Assembly (NCBI RefSeq): GCF_009834535.1
Contig: NC_045697.1
Location: forward strand, 120,716,001 to 120,780,000
DNA length: 64,000 bases
Direction: 5' to 3'
Origin: Camelus ferus
Lineage: Eukaryota
Position numbers and translations under genes: made by a program. The notes below the pieces were generated by a model. That model worked only from the letters and a program-made list of their open reading frames with translations. It was not told the origin of the DNA and made no database searches. Below are positions 40,676-53,800 of this stretch, piece by piece (the stretch's first letter is position 1; every line of letters begins with the position of its first letter).

Positions 40676-43600
40676 TCATGATTTCAAACAGACGGTAGGA
40701 AAAAAGTAGTGAAATCAGAGTAAATATTTCTAGGTGTATATATGACTTATATGGTGGATGAAAGTTCTGTCAACCACATGCACACAACTGAGTAATTAAC
40801 GTTTGTGAAATTCGTGATGTATGTAGCATGTTCAGAAAACCGAAAGTCACTTTGAGGGAAACTGCTTAAATTACAATTCCTCTGGATAGAACTCGCTTGA
40901 AGAGGTTTTTTCCTGAGAAAACTTCATGAATTTAAAACCTGAAGTTAGGAAAAAGCTGTGAAAGCAGAATAAATATTTCTAGGTGTAAATATGCCTTGTA
41001 TGGTGGATTAAATTACGGAAATCCACATGCTCTCGAATCAGTAATGAATGTTTTATAAATCCAGTATGCATATAGCGTGTTCTGAACAAGGAATGTCATG
41101 GTAAGTGAAGCATTGTAAATTTCATGTCTGTCTGATAAAACACACTCAAAGAGAATTTTCCTGTGAAATCTGCCTGTTTTTTGCAACTGGCATTCGGACA
41201 AATCTGCAAACACAGAGAAAAAGTTCTAGGGGCAATTATGCCGTGTTTGTTGGTTGAATGTTCGGTAATCAACACGTTCCCAACTCATTAATAAATGTTT
41301 GTCGAATCCGTGATCCATGTAACGTGTTCGGAACACAGGCTATCACGGTAATAGAAACCTTGCAAATTACACATGTATTAGGTAGAACTCGCTCCAAAAG
41401 CATTTATCTGGAAAATCTGCCTCATTTTCAAAACTGGCATTTGAAACACACATCGAAATCTGAGAAAATTATTCTAAGTGTCAATATGAATTTTATGTGG
41501 ATGAAAGTTCAGTAATCCACATGCTAAAAAATTCTGTAGTGAATATTTGTCGAAAATGTTATGCATGCAGCTTTCTCGGAACACAGAATTTGACGGTGAG
41601 CGAACCTATGTAAATTAAATGTCTATTGTGTAGAACTCCCTCCAAGAGAATTTTTCGGTGAAAACTGCCTCATTTTCGAAACCGGCGTTAGGAAAAACTT
41701 TCAAAAAGTGAGAAAATTCTTGTAAGCGTCATTATCCCTTTTATGGTGTATAAAACCACGGTAATCCACATGCTAACAACTCTGTATTGAATATTTGTGG
41801 AATCCGAGTTGCATGTAGCATGTTCAGAACACGGAATTTCACGGTGAGCGAATCTATGTAAATTACAAGTCTCTTGGGTAGACCTCGCCCCAAGAGATAT
41901 TTGCTGCGAAATCTGCCGCATTTTCAAAACTGGCATTTGGAAAACTCTGTGAAAACAGAGAAAATGCTTCTAAGTATCAATATGCCTTTTATTATGCTGA
42001 AAGTTTGGTAATCCACATGCAAACACATTTGTAGTGGGTATATTTCGAATACGTTATGAATGTAGCGTGTTCGAAAGACGTAATTTCACAGCAATGGAAT
42101 CTATGTACATTACATGCCTAGTAGGTAGAAATCGCTCCAACAGTTTTTCCTTAGAAAAATGCCTAATTTACAAAACTGCAATTAGGAATTTCCTGCGAAC
42201 TCAGAGTCAATGTTTCTAGGTGCTAATATGTCTTGTGTGGTGGATGAAAGTTTGTAATGCACATGCTTACACGCAATAAAGAATGTTGTAGAATCTGTGA
42301 TGCATGTAATGTATTCGGAACACGGAATGTCATGGTAACTGAAACTATGTTAATTGTAAGTCTATTGGATAGAACTCACTAAAAGATGATTTTTCTGTGA
42401 AAACTGTCTTATTTTCGAAACTGGCATTAAGAAATATCTGCAAATAGTGAGTACATGCTTCTAGCTGTATATATACATTGTATGGTAGATGAAAGTAAAT
42501 TAATCCACATGCTAACAACTCAGCAGTTAATATTTGTCAAACTACGGTGCATGTAGCATGTTCGGAGCACGGTATGTCACGGCGAGGAGTTCTATGTAAA
42601 TTACATGTCTATTGTGTAGAACAATCTACAAGAGAATTATCCTGCAAAAGTTGCCTGATACTATAAACTGCAGTTAGGAAAATGCTGCAAGATCAGAATA
42701 ATATTTTCAAGGTGTGAATATGCATTTTACGGTGAATGAAAGTTCTGTAATTCACAGGGACACAACTGACTAATGAATGTTTGTCATATCTTTGATGAAT
42801 GCAGTGTGTTCAGACCACGGAAAGTCTCTTTGTGGGAAACAATTGAAATTGCAATTCTAATGGGTAGAACTCACATGCAGAGATATTTTCTGGGAAAACT
42901 TTATGATTTTCGAGACTGACGTTAGGAAAAATCTGTGAAATCAGAGTAAATATTTCTAGGTGTATTTATGCTTTGTATGGTGGATGAAAGTTCTGTAATC
43001 CACATGCACACAAATGAGTAATGAATGTTTGTCAAATCCGTGATGCATGTAGCGTGTTCAGAAAATGGAAAGTCACTTTGAGGGAAACTAAATTACAATT
43101 CTACTGGGTAGAACTCGCATAAAGAGGTTTTTTTGCGAAAACTTCATGATTTTTGAAACTGAATTTAGGAAAAAGCTGTGAAAGCAGTGTCAATATTTCT
43201 AGGTGTAAATATACCTTGTATGGTGTTTGAAAGTTCAGAAATTCACATGATCACAACTCAGGAATGAATGATTTCTAAATCCAATATTCATGTAGCGTGT
43301 AATGAACACGGAATTTCATGGTAAGTGAAACATTGTAAATTTCATGTCTATTGGATAGAACCGATCGAAAGGAGTTTTCCTGTGAAATCTGCCTGTTTTT
43401 TGCAACGGGCATTAGGACAAATCTGCAAACGAGGAGAAACATTTCTAGGTGTAAATATGCCGTGTCTGGTGGATGAAAGTTTGGTAATCCACATGTTCAC
43501 AACTCATTAAAAAATGTTTGTCAATCCGTGATGCACTTATCATATTCTGAACACAGAATATCATGGTGAAAGAAACTTTGTAAATTACATATTTATTGGG

Positions 43601-43960
43601 TAGAACTCACTCCAAAAGGATATTTCTGTGAAATCTGCCTCATTTTCAAAACTGGCCTAAGGAAAAGTGTTCGAAATCTGAGAAAATGTTTCTAAGGCAA
43701 ATATGACTTTAATGGTGGATGAAAGTACAGTAATCAACATGCTAAAAAATTCTGTAGTGAATTTTTGTCGAAGCTGTTATGCATGCAACTTTCTCGGAAC
43801 ACAGAATTTGACGGTGAGCGAACCTATGTAAATCAAATGTCTCTTGTGTAGAACTCTCTGCAAGAGCATTTTTCGGTGAAAACTGCCTCATTTTCGAAAC
43901 TGGCGTTAGGAAAAACTTTCGAAAAATGAGAAAATGTTTGTAAGCGCCATTATGCCTTCT

Positions 43961-44207
43961 ATGGTGGATGAAAGTACGGTAATCCACATGCTAACAACTC
44001 TGTAGTGAATATTTGTGGAATCCGAGATGCATGTAGTGTGTTCGAAAGACGTAATTTCACAGCAATGGAATCTATGTAAATTACATGTCTAGTGGGTAGA
44101 AATCGCTCCAACAGTTTTTTCCTTAGAAAAATGCCTAATTTTCAAAACTGCTATTAGGAAATTGCTGCGAACTCAGAGTTAATGTTTCTAGGTGATAATA
44201 TGTCTTG
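43961..44207. repeat. Fused A'/B' monomer (one-monomer deletion, 19-mer unit)
   Basis: A'-type gtggaatccgag joins B-type gaaagacgtaatttcacagc through the shared atgcatgtagtgtgttc (44027-44043). ORF spacing 43325 to 48025 is 4700 bp, about 19 monomers. Confidence 0.88.
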
Positions 44208-46440
44208 TGTGGTGGATGAAAGTTTGTAATGCACATGCTCGTAACACAGTAATGAATGCTTTCTGAATCTGTGATGCATGTAGCATGTTCAGAACATGGA
44301 ATGTCACAGTGAGGGGAAAAATGTAAATTACATGTCTATTGGGTAGTACTCGCTCCAAGAGGATTTTTCTGCGAAAACTGCATGATTTTAGAAACTGACG
44401 TAAGGAGAAATCTACTAAATAAGAATCAATGTTTCTATGTGTAAATACACATTGTATGGTGGGTGAAAGTTCGGTAATACACATGTTCACCACTCAATAA
44501 AGAATGTTTGTCGAATCAGTGATGCATGTAGCGTGTTCGGAACATGAATTGTCACGGTGAGTGAAAGCATTTAAATTACATGTCCACTTGGTAGAACTTG
44601 CTCCAAAAGCATTTTTCTGTGAAATCTGCCTCATTTCCCAAACTGGCATTAGGAAAAATTTCGAATTTTGAGAAAATGCTTCTAAGTGTCAATATGACTT
44701 GTATGGTGATGAAAGTTCAGAAATACACATGCTAACAAATCTGTAGTGAATATTTTCCGAAACCGTGATGCATGCAGTTTTTTCAGAACACAGAATTTGA
44801 CGATGAGCGAATCTATGTAAATTACATGACTATTGGGTGGAACAAGTTCCAAGAGTATATTTCTTTGAAAACTGCCTGATTTCAGAAATCTGACGTTTGG
44901 AAAAATCTGCATATACTTTGTACATGTTTCTAGCTGTATATATACATTTTATGGTAGATGAAAGTTCAGTAATCTACATGCTAACAACTCAGCAGTGAAT
45001 ATTTGTCGAACCTGCGGTGCAAGTAGCAAGTTTGAATCACGGAATGTCACGGCGAGGGACTCTATGTAAATTATAAGTCCAATGTGTAGAACATGCTACC
45101 AGAGATTTATCCTGCTATAGTTGCCTGATTTTCTAAACTGCCATTAGGAAAAAGCTGCGAACTCAGAATAATGTTTTCTAGGTTTATATATGCCTTATAT
45201 GGTGGATGAAAATTCTGTAATCTACATGCACACAACTGAGTAATGAATGTTTGTCAAAACTGTGATGAATTTAGCATGTTCGGACCATGGAAAGTCACTT
45301 TGTGGGTAACTATTGAAATTACAATTCTACTGGGTCGAACTCGCTTGCAGAGATTACTTCTGCATAAACATCATGATTTTCAAAACAGACGGTAGGAAAA
45401 AGTAGTGAAATCAGAGTAAATATTTCTAGGTGTATATATGACTTATATGGTGGATGAAAGTTCTGTCAACCACATGCACACAACTGAGTAATTAACGTTT
45501 GTCAAATCCGTGATGCATGTAGCATGTTCAGAAAACGGAAAGTCACTTTGAGGGAAACTGCTTAAATTACAATTCCTCTGGATAGAACTCGCTTGAAGAG
45601 GTTTTTTCCTGAGAAAACTTCATGATTTTAAAACCTGAAGTTAGGAAAAAGCTGTGAAAGCAGAGTAAATATTTCTAGGTGTAAATATGCCTTGTATGGT
45701 GGATTAAATTTCGGAAATCCACATGCTCTCGAATCAGTAATGAATGTTTTATAAATCCAGTATGCATATAGCGTGTTCTGAACAAGGAATGTCATGGTAA
45801 GTGAAACATTGTAAATTTCATGTCTGTCTGATAAAACACACTCGAAGAGAATTTTCCTGTGAAATCTGCCTGTTTTTTGCAACTGGCATTCGGACAAATC
45901 TGCAAACACAGAGAAAAATTTCTAGGGGCAAATATGCCGTGTTTGTTGGTTGAATGTTCGGTAATCAACACGCTTCCCAACTCATTAATAAATGTTTGTC
46001 GAATCCGTGATCCATGTAACGTGTTCGGAACACAGGCTATCACGGTAATAGAAACCTTGCAAATTACACATGTATTAGGTAGAACTCGCTCCAAAAGCAT
46101 TTATCTGCGAAATCTGCCTCATTTTCAAAACTGGCATTTGAAAAACACATCGAAATCTGAGAAAATGATTCTAAGTGTCAATATGAATTGTATGGTGGAT
46201 GAAAGTTCAGTAATCCACATGCTAAAAAATTCTGTAGTGAATATTTGTCGAAACATGTTATGCATGCAGCTTTCTCGGAACACAGAATTTGACGGTGAGC
46301 GAACCTATGTAAATTAAATGTCTATTGTGTAGAACTCTCTGCAAGAGCATTTTTCGGTGAAAACTGCCTCATTTTCGAAACTGGCGTTAGGAAAAACTTT
46401 CAAAAAATGAGAAAATGCTTGTAAGCGCCATTATGCCTTG

Positions 46441-49400
46441 TATGGTGTATAAAACTACGGTAATCCACATGCTAACAACTCTGTATTGAATATTTGTGGA
46501 ATCCGAGTTGCATGTAGCGTGTTCAGAACACGGAATTTCACGGTGAGCGAATCTATGTAAATTACAAGTCTCTTGGGTAGAACTCGCCCCAAGAGATATT
46601 TGCTGCGAAATCTGCCGCATTTTCAAAACTGGCGTTTGGAAAACTCTGTGAAAACAGAGAAAATGCTTCTAAGTATCAATATGCCTTTTATTATGCTGAA
46701 AGTTCGGTAATCCACATGCAAACACATTTGTAGTGGTATATTTCGAATACGTTATGAATGTAGCGTGTTCGAAAGACGTAATTTCACAGCAATGGAATCT
46801 ATGTACATTACATGCCTAGTAGGTAGAAATCGCTCCAACAGTTTTTTCCTTAGAAAAATGCCTAATTTACAAAACTGCTATTAGGAATTTCCTGCGAACT
46901 CAGAGTCAATGTTTCTAGGTGCTAATATGTCTTGTGTGGTGGATGAAAGTTTGTAATGCACATGCTTACACTCAATAAAGAATGTTGTAGAATCTGTGAT
47001 GCATGTAATGTATTCGGAACACGGAATGTCATGGTAACTGAAACTATGTTAATTGTAAGTCTATTGGATAGAACTCACTCCAAGAGGATTTTTCTGTGAA
47101 AACTGTCTTATTTTCGAAACTGGCATTAAGAAATATCTGCAAATAGTGAGTACATGCTTCTAGCTGTATATATACATTGTATGGTAGATGAAAGTACATT
47201 AATCCACATGCTAACAACTCAGCAGTTAATATTTGTCAAACTACGGTGCATGTAGCATGTTCGGAGCACGGTATGTCACGGCGAGGAGTTCTATGTAAAT
47301 TACATGTCTATTGTGTAGAACAATCTACAAGAGAATTATCCTGCAAAAGTTGCCTGATATTATAAACTGCAGTTAGGAAAATGCTGCAAAATTATAATAA
47401 TATTTTCAAGGTGTTTATATGCATTTTACGGTGAATGAAAGTTCTGTAATTCACAGGCACACAACTGACTAATGAATGTTTGTCAAATCCGTGATGAATG
47501 CAGTGTGTTCAGACCACGGAAAGTCACTTTGTGGGAAACAATTGAAATTGCAATTCTAATGGGTAGAACTCACATGCAGAGATTTTTTCTGGGAAAACTT
47601 TATGATTTTCGAGACTGACGTTAGGAAAAATCTGTGAAATCAGAGTAAATATTTCTAGGTGTATTTATGCCTTGTATGGTGGATGAAAGTTCTGTAATCC
47701 ACATGCACACAAATGAGTAATGAATGTTTGTCAAATCCGTGATGCATGTAGCGTGTTCAGAAAATGGAAAGTCACTTTGAGGGAAACTAAATTACAATTC
47801 TACTGGGTAGAACTCGCATGAAGAGGTTTTTTCTGCGAAAACTTCATGATTTTTGAAACTGAATTTAGGAAAAAGCTGTGAAAGCAGAGTCAATATTTCT
47901 AGGTGTAAATATACCTTGTATGGTGTTTGAAAGTTCAGAAATTCACATGATCACTACTCAGGAATGAATGATTTCTAAATCCAATATTCATGTAGCGTGT
48001 TATGAACACGGAATTTCATGGTAAGTGAAACATTGTAAATTTCATGTCTATTGGATAGAACCGATCGAAAGGAATTTTCCTGTGAAATCTGCCTGTTTTT
48101 TGCAACGGGCATTAGGACAAATCTGCAAACGAGGAGAAACATTTCTAGGTGTAAATATGCCGTGTCTGGTGGATGAAAGTTTGGTAATCCACATGTTCAC
48201 AACTCATTAAAAAATGTTTGTCAATCCGTGATGCACTTATCATATTCTGAACACAGAATATCATGGTGAAAGAAACTTTGTAAATTACATATTTATTAGG
48301 GTAGAACTCACTCCAAAAGTATTATTCTGTGAAATCTGCCTCATTTTCAAAACTGGCATTAGAAAAACAGTTCGAAATCTGAGAAAATGATTTCTAAGGT
48401 CAATATGACTTGTAATGGTGGATGAAAGTACAGTAATCCACATGCTAAAAAATTCTGTAGTGAATATTTGTCGAAACTGTTATGCATGCAACTTTCTCGG
48501 AACAGAGAATTTGACGGTGAGCGAACCTATGTAAATTAAATGTCTATTGTGTAGAACTCTCTGCAAGAGCATTTTTCGGTGAAAACTGCCTCATTTTCGA
48601 AACTGGCGTTAGGAAAAACTTTCAAAAAATGAGAAAATGCTTGTAAGCGCCATTATGCCTTGTATGGTGTATAAAACTACGGTAATCCACATGCTAACAA
48701 CTCTGTATTGAATATTTGTGGAATCCGAGTTGCATGTAGCGTGTTCAGAACACGGAATTTCACGGTGAGCGAATCTATGTAAATTACAAGTCTCTTGGTT
48801 AGAACTCGCCCCAAGAGATATTTGCTGTGAAATCTGCCGCATTTTCAAAACTGGCGTTTGGAAAACTCTGTGAAAACAGAGAAAATGCTTCTAAGTATCA
48901 ATATGCCTTTTATTATGCTGAAAGTTCGGTAATCCACATGCAAACACATTTGTAGTGGGTATATTTCGAATACGTTATGAATGTAGCGTGTTCGAAAGAC
49001 GTAATTTCACAGCAATGGAATCTATGTACATTACATGCCTAGTAGGTAGAAATCGCTCCAACAGTTTTTTCCTTAGAAAAATGCCTAATTTACAAAACTG
49101 CTATTAGGAATTTCCTGCGAACTCAGAGTCAATGTTTCTAGGTGCTAATATGTCTTGTGTGGTGGATGAAAGTTTGTAATGCACATGCTTACACTCAATA
49201 AAGAATGTTGTAGAATCTGTGATGCATGTAATGTATTCGGAACACGGAATGTCATGGTAACTGAAACTATGTTAATTGTAAGTCTATTGGATAGAACTCA
49301 CTCCAAGAGGATTTTTCTGTGAAAACTGTCTTATTTTCGAAACTGGCATTAAGAAATATCTGCAAATAGTGAGTACATGCTTCTAGCTGTATATATACAT

Positions 49401-50884
49401 TGTATGGTAGATGAAAGTACATTAATCCACATGCTAACAACTCAGCAGTTAATATTTGTCAAACTACGGTGCATGTAGCATGTTCGGAGCACGGTATGTC
49501 ACGGCGAGGAGTTCTATGTAAATTACATGTCTATTGTGTAGAACAATCTACAAGAGAATTATCCTGCAAAAGTTGCCTGATATTATAAACTGCAGTTAGG
49601 AAAATGCTGCAAAATTATAATAATATTTTCAAGGTGTTTATATGCATTTTACGGTGAATGAAAGTTCTGTAATTCACAGGCACACAACTGACTAATGAAT
49701 GTTTGTCAAATCCGTGATGAATGCAGTGTGTTCAGACCACGGAAAGTCACTTTGTGGGAAACAATTGAAATTGCAATTCTAATGGGTAGAACTCACATGC
49801 AGAGATTTTTTCTGGGAAAACTTTATGATTTTCGAGACTGACGTTAGGAAAAATCTGTGAAATCAGAGTAAATATTTCTAGGTGTATTTATGCCTTGTAT
49901 GGTGGATGAAAGTTCTGTAATCCACATGCACACAAATGAGTAATGAATGTTTGTCAAATCCGTGATGCATGTAGCGTGTTCAGAAAATGGAAAGTCACTT
50001 TGAGGGAAACTAAATTACAATTCTACTGGGTAGAACTCGCATGAAGAGGTTTTTTCTGCGAAAACTTCATGATTTTTGAAACTGAAGTTAGGAAAAAGCT
50101 GTGAAAGCAGAGTCAATATTTCTAGGTGTAAATATACCTTGTATGGTGTTTGAAAGTTCAGAAATTCACATGATCACAACTCAGGAATGAATGATTTCTA
50201 AATCCAATATTCATGTAGCGTGTTATGAACACGGAATTTCATGGTAAGTGAAACATTGTAAATTTCATGTCTATTGGATAGAACCGATCGAAAGGAATTT
50301 TCCTGTGAAATCTGCCTGTTTTTTGCAACGGGCATTAGGACAAATCTGCAAACGAGGAGAAACATTTCTAGGTGTAAATATGCCGTGTCTGGTGGATGAA
50401 AGTTTGGTAATCCACATGTTCACAACTCATTAAAAAATGTTTGTCAATCCGTGATGCACTTATCATATTCTGAACACAGAATATCATGGTGAAAGAAACT
50501 TTGTAAATTACATATTTATTGGGTAGAACTCACTCCAAAAGTATATTTCTGTGAAATCTGCCTCATTTTCAAAACTGGCATAAGGAAAAGAGTTCGAAAT
50601 CTGAGAAAATGTTTCTAAGGCAAATATGACTTTAATGGTGGATGAAAGTACAGTAATCCACATGCTAAAAAATTCTGTAGTGAATATTTGTCGAAACTGT
50701 TATGCATGCAACTTTCTCGGAACACAGAATTTGACGGTGAGCGAACCTATGTAAATCAAATGTCTATTGTGTAGAACTCTCTGCAAGAGCATTTTTCGGT
50801 GAAAACTGCCTCATTTTCGAAACTGGCGTTAGGAAAAATCTTTCAAAAAATGAGAAAATGCTTGTAAGCGCCATTATGCCTTGT
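46441..50884. repeat. Tandem pair of the 9-monomer sub-block A-B-C-D-E-F-G-H'-P' (~2223 bp each)
   Basis: After H'-P' at ~48166-48660 the array returns to A (tgtataaaactacgg)-B-C-D instead of A'-B'-X. ORF pairs 46387/48609 and 48025/50248 are offset by 2222-2223. Confidence 0.9.
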
Positions 50885-53800
50885 ATGGTGGATGAAAGTA
50901 CGGTAATCCACATGCTAACAACTCTGTAGTGAATATTTGTGGAATCCGAGATGCATGTAGCGTGTTCAGAACACGGAATTTCCCGGTGAGCGAATCTATG
51001 TAAATTACAAGTCCTTTGTTTAGAATTCGCTCCAAGAGCTTTTTGCTGCGAAATCTGCCGCATTTTCAAAACTGGCGTTTGGAAAACACTGTGAAATCAG
51101 AGAAAATGCTTCTAAGTGTCACTATGCCTTTTATTGTGTTGAAAGTTCGGTAATCCACATGCAAACACATTTGTAGTGAATATTTGTCGAATCCGTTATG
51201 CATGTAGCGTGTTCGAAAGACGTAATTTCACAGCAATGGAATCTATGTAAATTACATGTCTAGTGGGTAGAAATCGCTCCAACAGTTTTTTCCTTAGAAA
51301 AATGCCTAATTTTCAAAACTGCTATTAGGAAATTGCTGCGAACTCAGAGTTAATGTTTCTAGGTGATAATATGTCTTGTGTGGTGGATGAAAGTTTGTAA
51401 TGCACATGCTCGTAACACAGTAATGAATGCTTTCTGAATCTGTGATGCATGTAGCATGTTCAGAACATGGAATGTCACAGTGAGGGGAAAAATGTAAATT
51501 ACATGTCTATTGGGTAGTACTCGCTCCAAGAGGATTTTTCTGCGAAAACTGCATGATTTTAGAAACTGACGTAAGGAGAAATCTACTAAATAAGAATAAA
51601 TGTTTCTATGTGTAAATACACATTGTATGGTGGGTGAAAGTTCGGTAATACACATGTTCACCACTCAATAAAGAATGTTTGTCGAATCAGTGATGCATGT
51701 AGCGTGTTCGGAACATGAAATGTCACGGTGAGTGAAAGCATTTAAATTACATGTCCACTTGGTAGAACTTGCTCCAAAAGCATTTTTCTGTGAAATCTGC
51801 CTCATTTTCCAAACTGGCATTAGGAAAAAATTCGAATTTTGAGAAAATGCTTCTAAGTGTCAATATGACTTGTATGGTGATGAAAGTTCAGAAATACACA
51901 TGCTAACAAATCTGTAGTGAATATTTTCCGAAACCGTGATGCATGCAGTTTTTTCAGAACACAGAATTTGACGATGAGCGAATCTATGTAAATTACATGA
52001 CTATTGGGTGGAACAAGTTCCAAGAGTATATTTCTTTGAAAACTGCCTGATTTCAGAAACTGACGTTAGGAAAAATCTGCATATACTTTGTACATGTTTC
52101 TAGCTGTATATATACATTTTATGGTAGATGAAAGTTCAGTAATCTACATGCTAACAACTCAGCAGTGAATATTTGTCGAACCTGCGGTGCAAGTAGCAAG
52201 TTTGAATCACGGAATGTCACGGCGAGGGACTCTATGTAAATTATAAGTCCAATGTGTAGAACATGCTACCAGAGATTTATCCTGCTATAGTTGCCTGATT
52301 TTCTAAACTGCCATTAGGAAAAAGCTGCGAACTCAGAATAATGTTTTCTAGGTTTATATATGCCTTATATGGTGGATGAAAATTCTGTAATCTACATGCA
52401 CACAACTGAGTAATGAATGTTTGTCAAAACTGTGATGAATTTAGCATGTTCGGACCATGGAAAGTCACTTTGTGGGTAACTATTGAAATTACAATTCTAC
52501 TGGGTCGAACTCGCTTGCAGAGATTACTTCTGCATAAACATCATGATTTTCAAAACAGACGGTAGGAAAAAGTAGTGAAATCAGAGTAAATATTTCTAGG
52601 TGTATATATGACTTATATGGTGGATGAAAGTTCTGTCAACCACATGCACACAACTGAGTAATTAACGTTTGTCAAATCCGTGATGCATGTAGCATGTTCA
52701 GAAAACGGAAAGTCACTTTGAGGGAAACTGCTTAAATTACAATTCCTCTGGATAGAACTCGCTTGAAGAGGTTTTTTCCTGAGAAAACTTCATGATTTTA
52801 AAACCTGAAGTTAGGAAAAAGCTGTGAAAGCAGAGTAAATATTTCTAGGTGTAAATATGCCTTGTATGGTGGATTAAATTTCGGAAATCCACATGCTCTC
52901 GAATCAGTAATGAATGTTTTATAAATCCAGTATGCATATAGCGTGTTCTGAACAAGGAATGTCATGGTAAGTGAAACATTGTAAATTTCATGTCTGTCTG
53001 ATAAAACACACTCGAAGAGAATTTTCCTGTGAAATCTGCCTGTTTTTTGCAACTGGCATTCGGACAAATCTGCAAACACAGAGAAAAATTTCTAGGGGCA
53101 AATATGCCGTGTTTGTTGGTTGAATGTTCGGTAATCAACACGTTCCCAACTCATTAATAAATGTTTGTCGAATCCGTGATCCATGTAACGTGTTCGGAAC
53201 ACAGGCTATCACGGTAATAGAAACCTTGCAAATTACACATGTATTAGGTAGAACTCGCTCCAAAAGCATTTATCTGCGAAATCTGCCTCATTTTCAAAAC
53301 TGGCATTTGAAAAACACATCGAAATCTGAGAAAATGATTCTAAGTGTCAATATGAATTGTATGGTGGATGAAAGTTCAGTAATCCACATGCTAAAAAATT
53401 CTGTAGTGAATATTTGTCGAAACTGTTATGCATGCAGCTTTCTCGGAACACAGAATTTGACGGTGAGCGAACCTATGTAAATTAAATGTCTATTGTGTAG
53501 AACTCTCTGCAAGAGCATTTTTCGGTGAAAACTGCCTCATTTTCGAAACTGGCGTTAGGAAAAACTTTCAAAAAATGAGAAAATGCTTGTAAGCGCCATT
53601 ATGCCTTGTATGGTGTATAAAACTACGGTAATCCACATGCTAACAACTCTGTATTGAATATTTGTGGAATCCGAGTTGCATGTAGCGTGTTCAGAACACG
53701 GAATTTCACGGTGAGCGAATCTATGTAAATTACAAGTCTCTTGGGTAGAACTCGCCCCAAGAGATATTTGCTGCGAAATCTGCCGCATTTTCAAAACTGG

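Noticed and set aside
45859..46317. Longest ORF (152 aa, + strand)
   Set aside because: It is extended only by copy-specific 1-bp insertions (cacgcttccc, aaacatgttatg) absent from the equivalent copies at ~53140 and ~58088.
50975..51000. Possible CENP-B box (cccggtgagcgaa in A'; ttcggaacacgg elsewhere)
   Set aside because: The core TTCG-N4-A-N2-CGGG needs 7 nt between the half-sites. A' has 5, and the other candidate has the wrong spacing and lacks CGGG.
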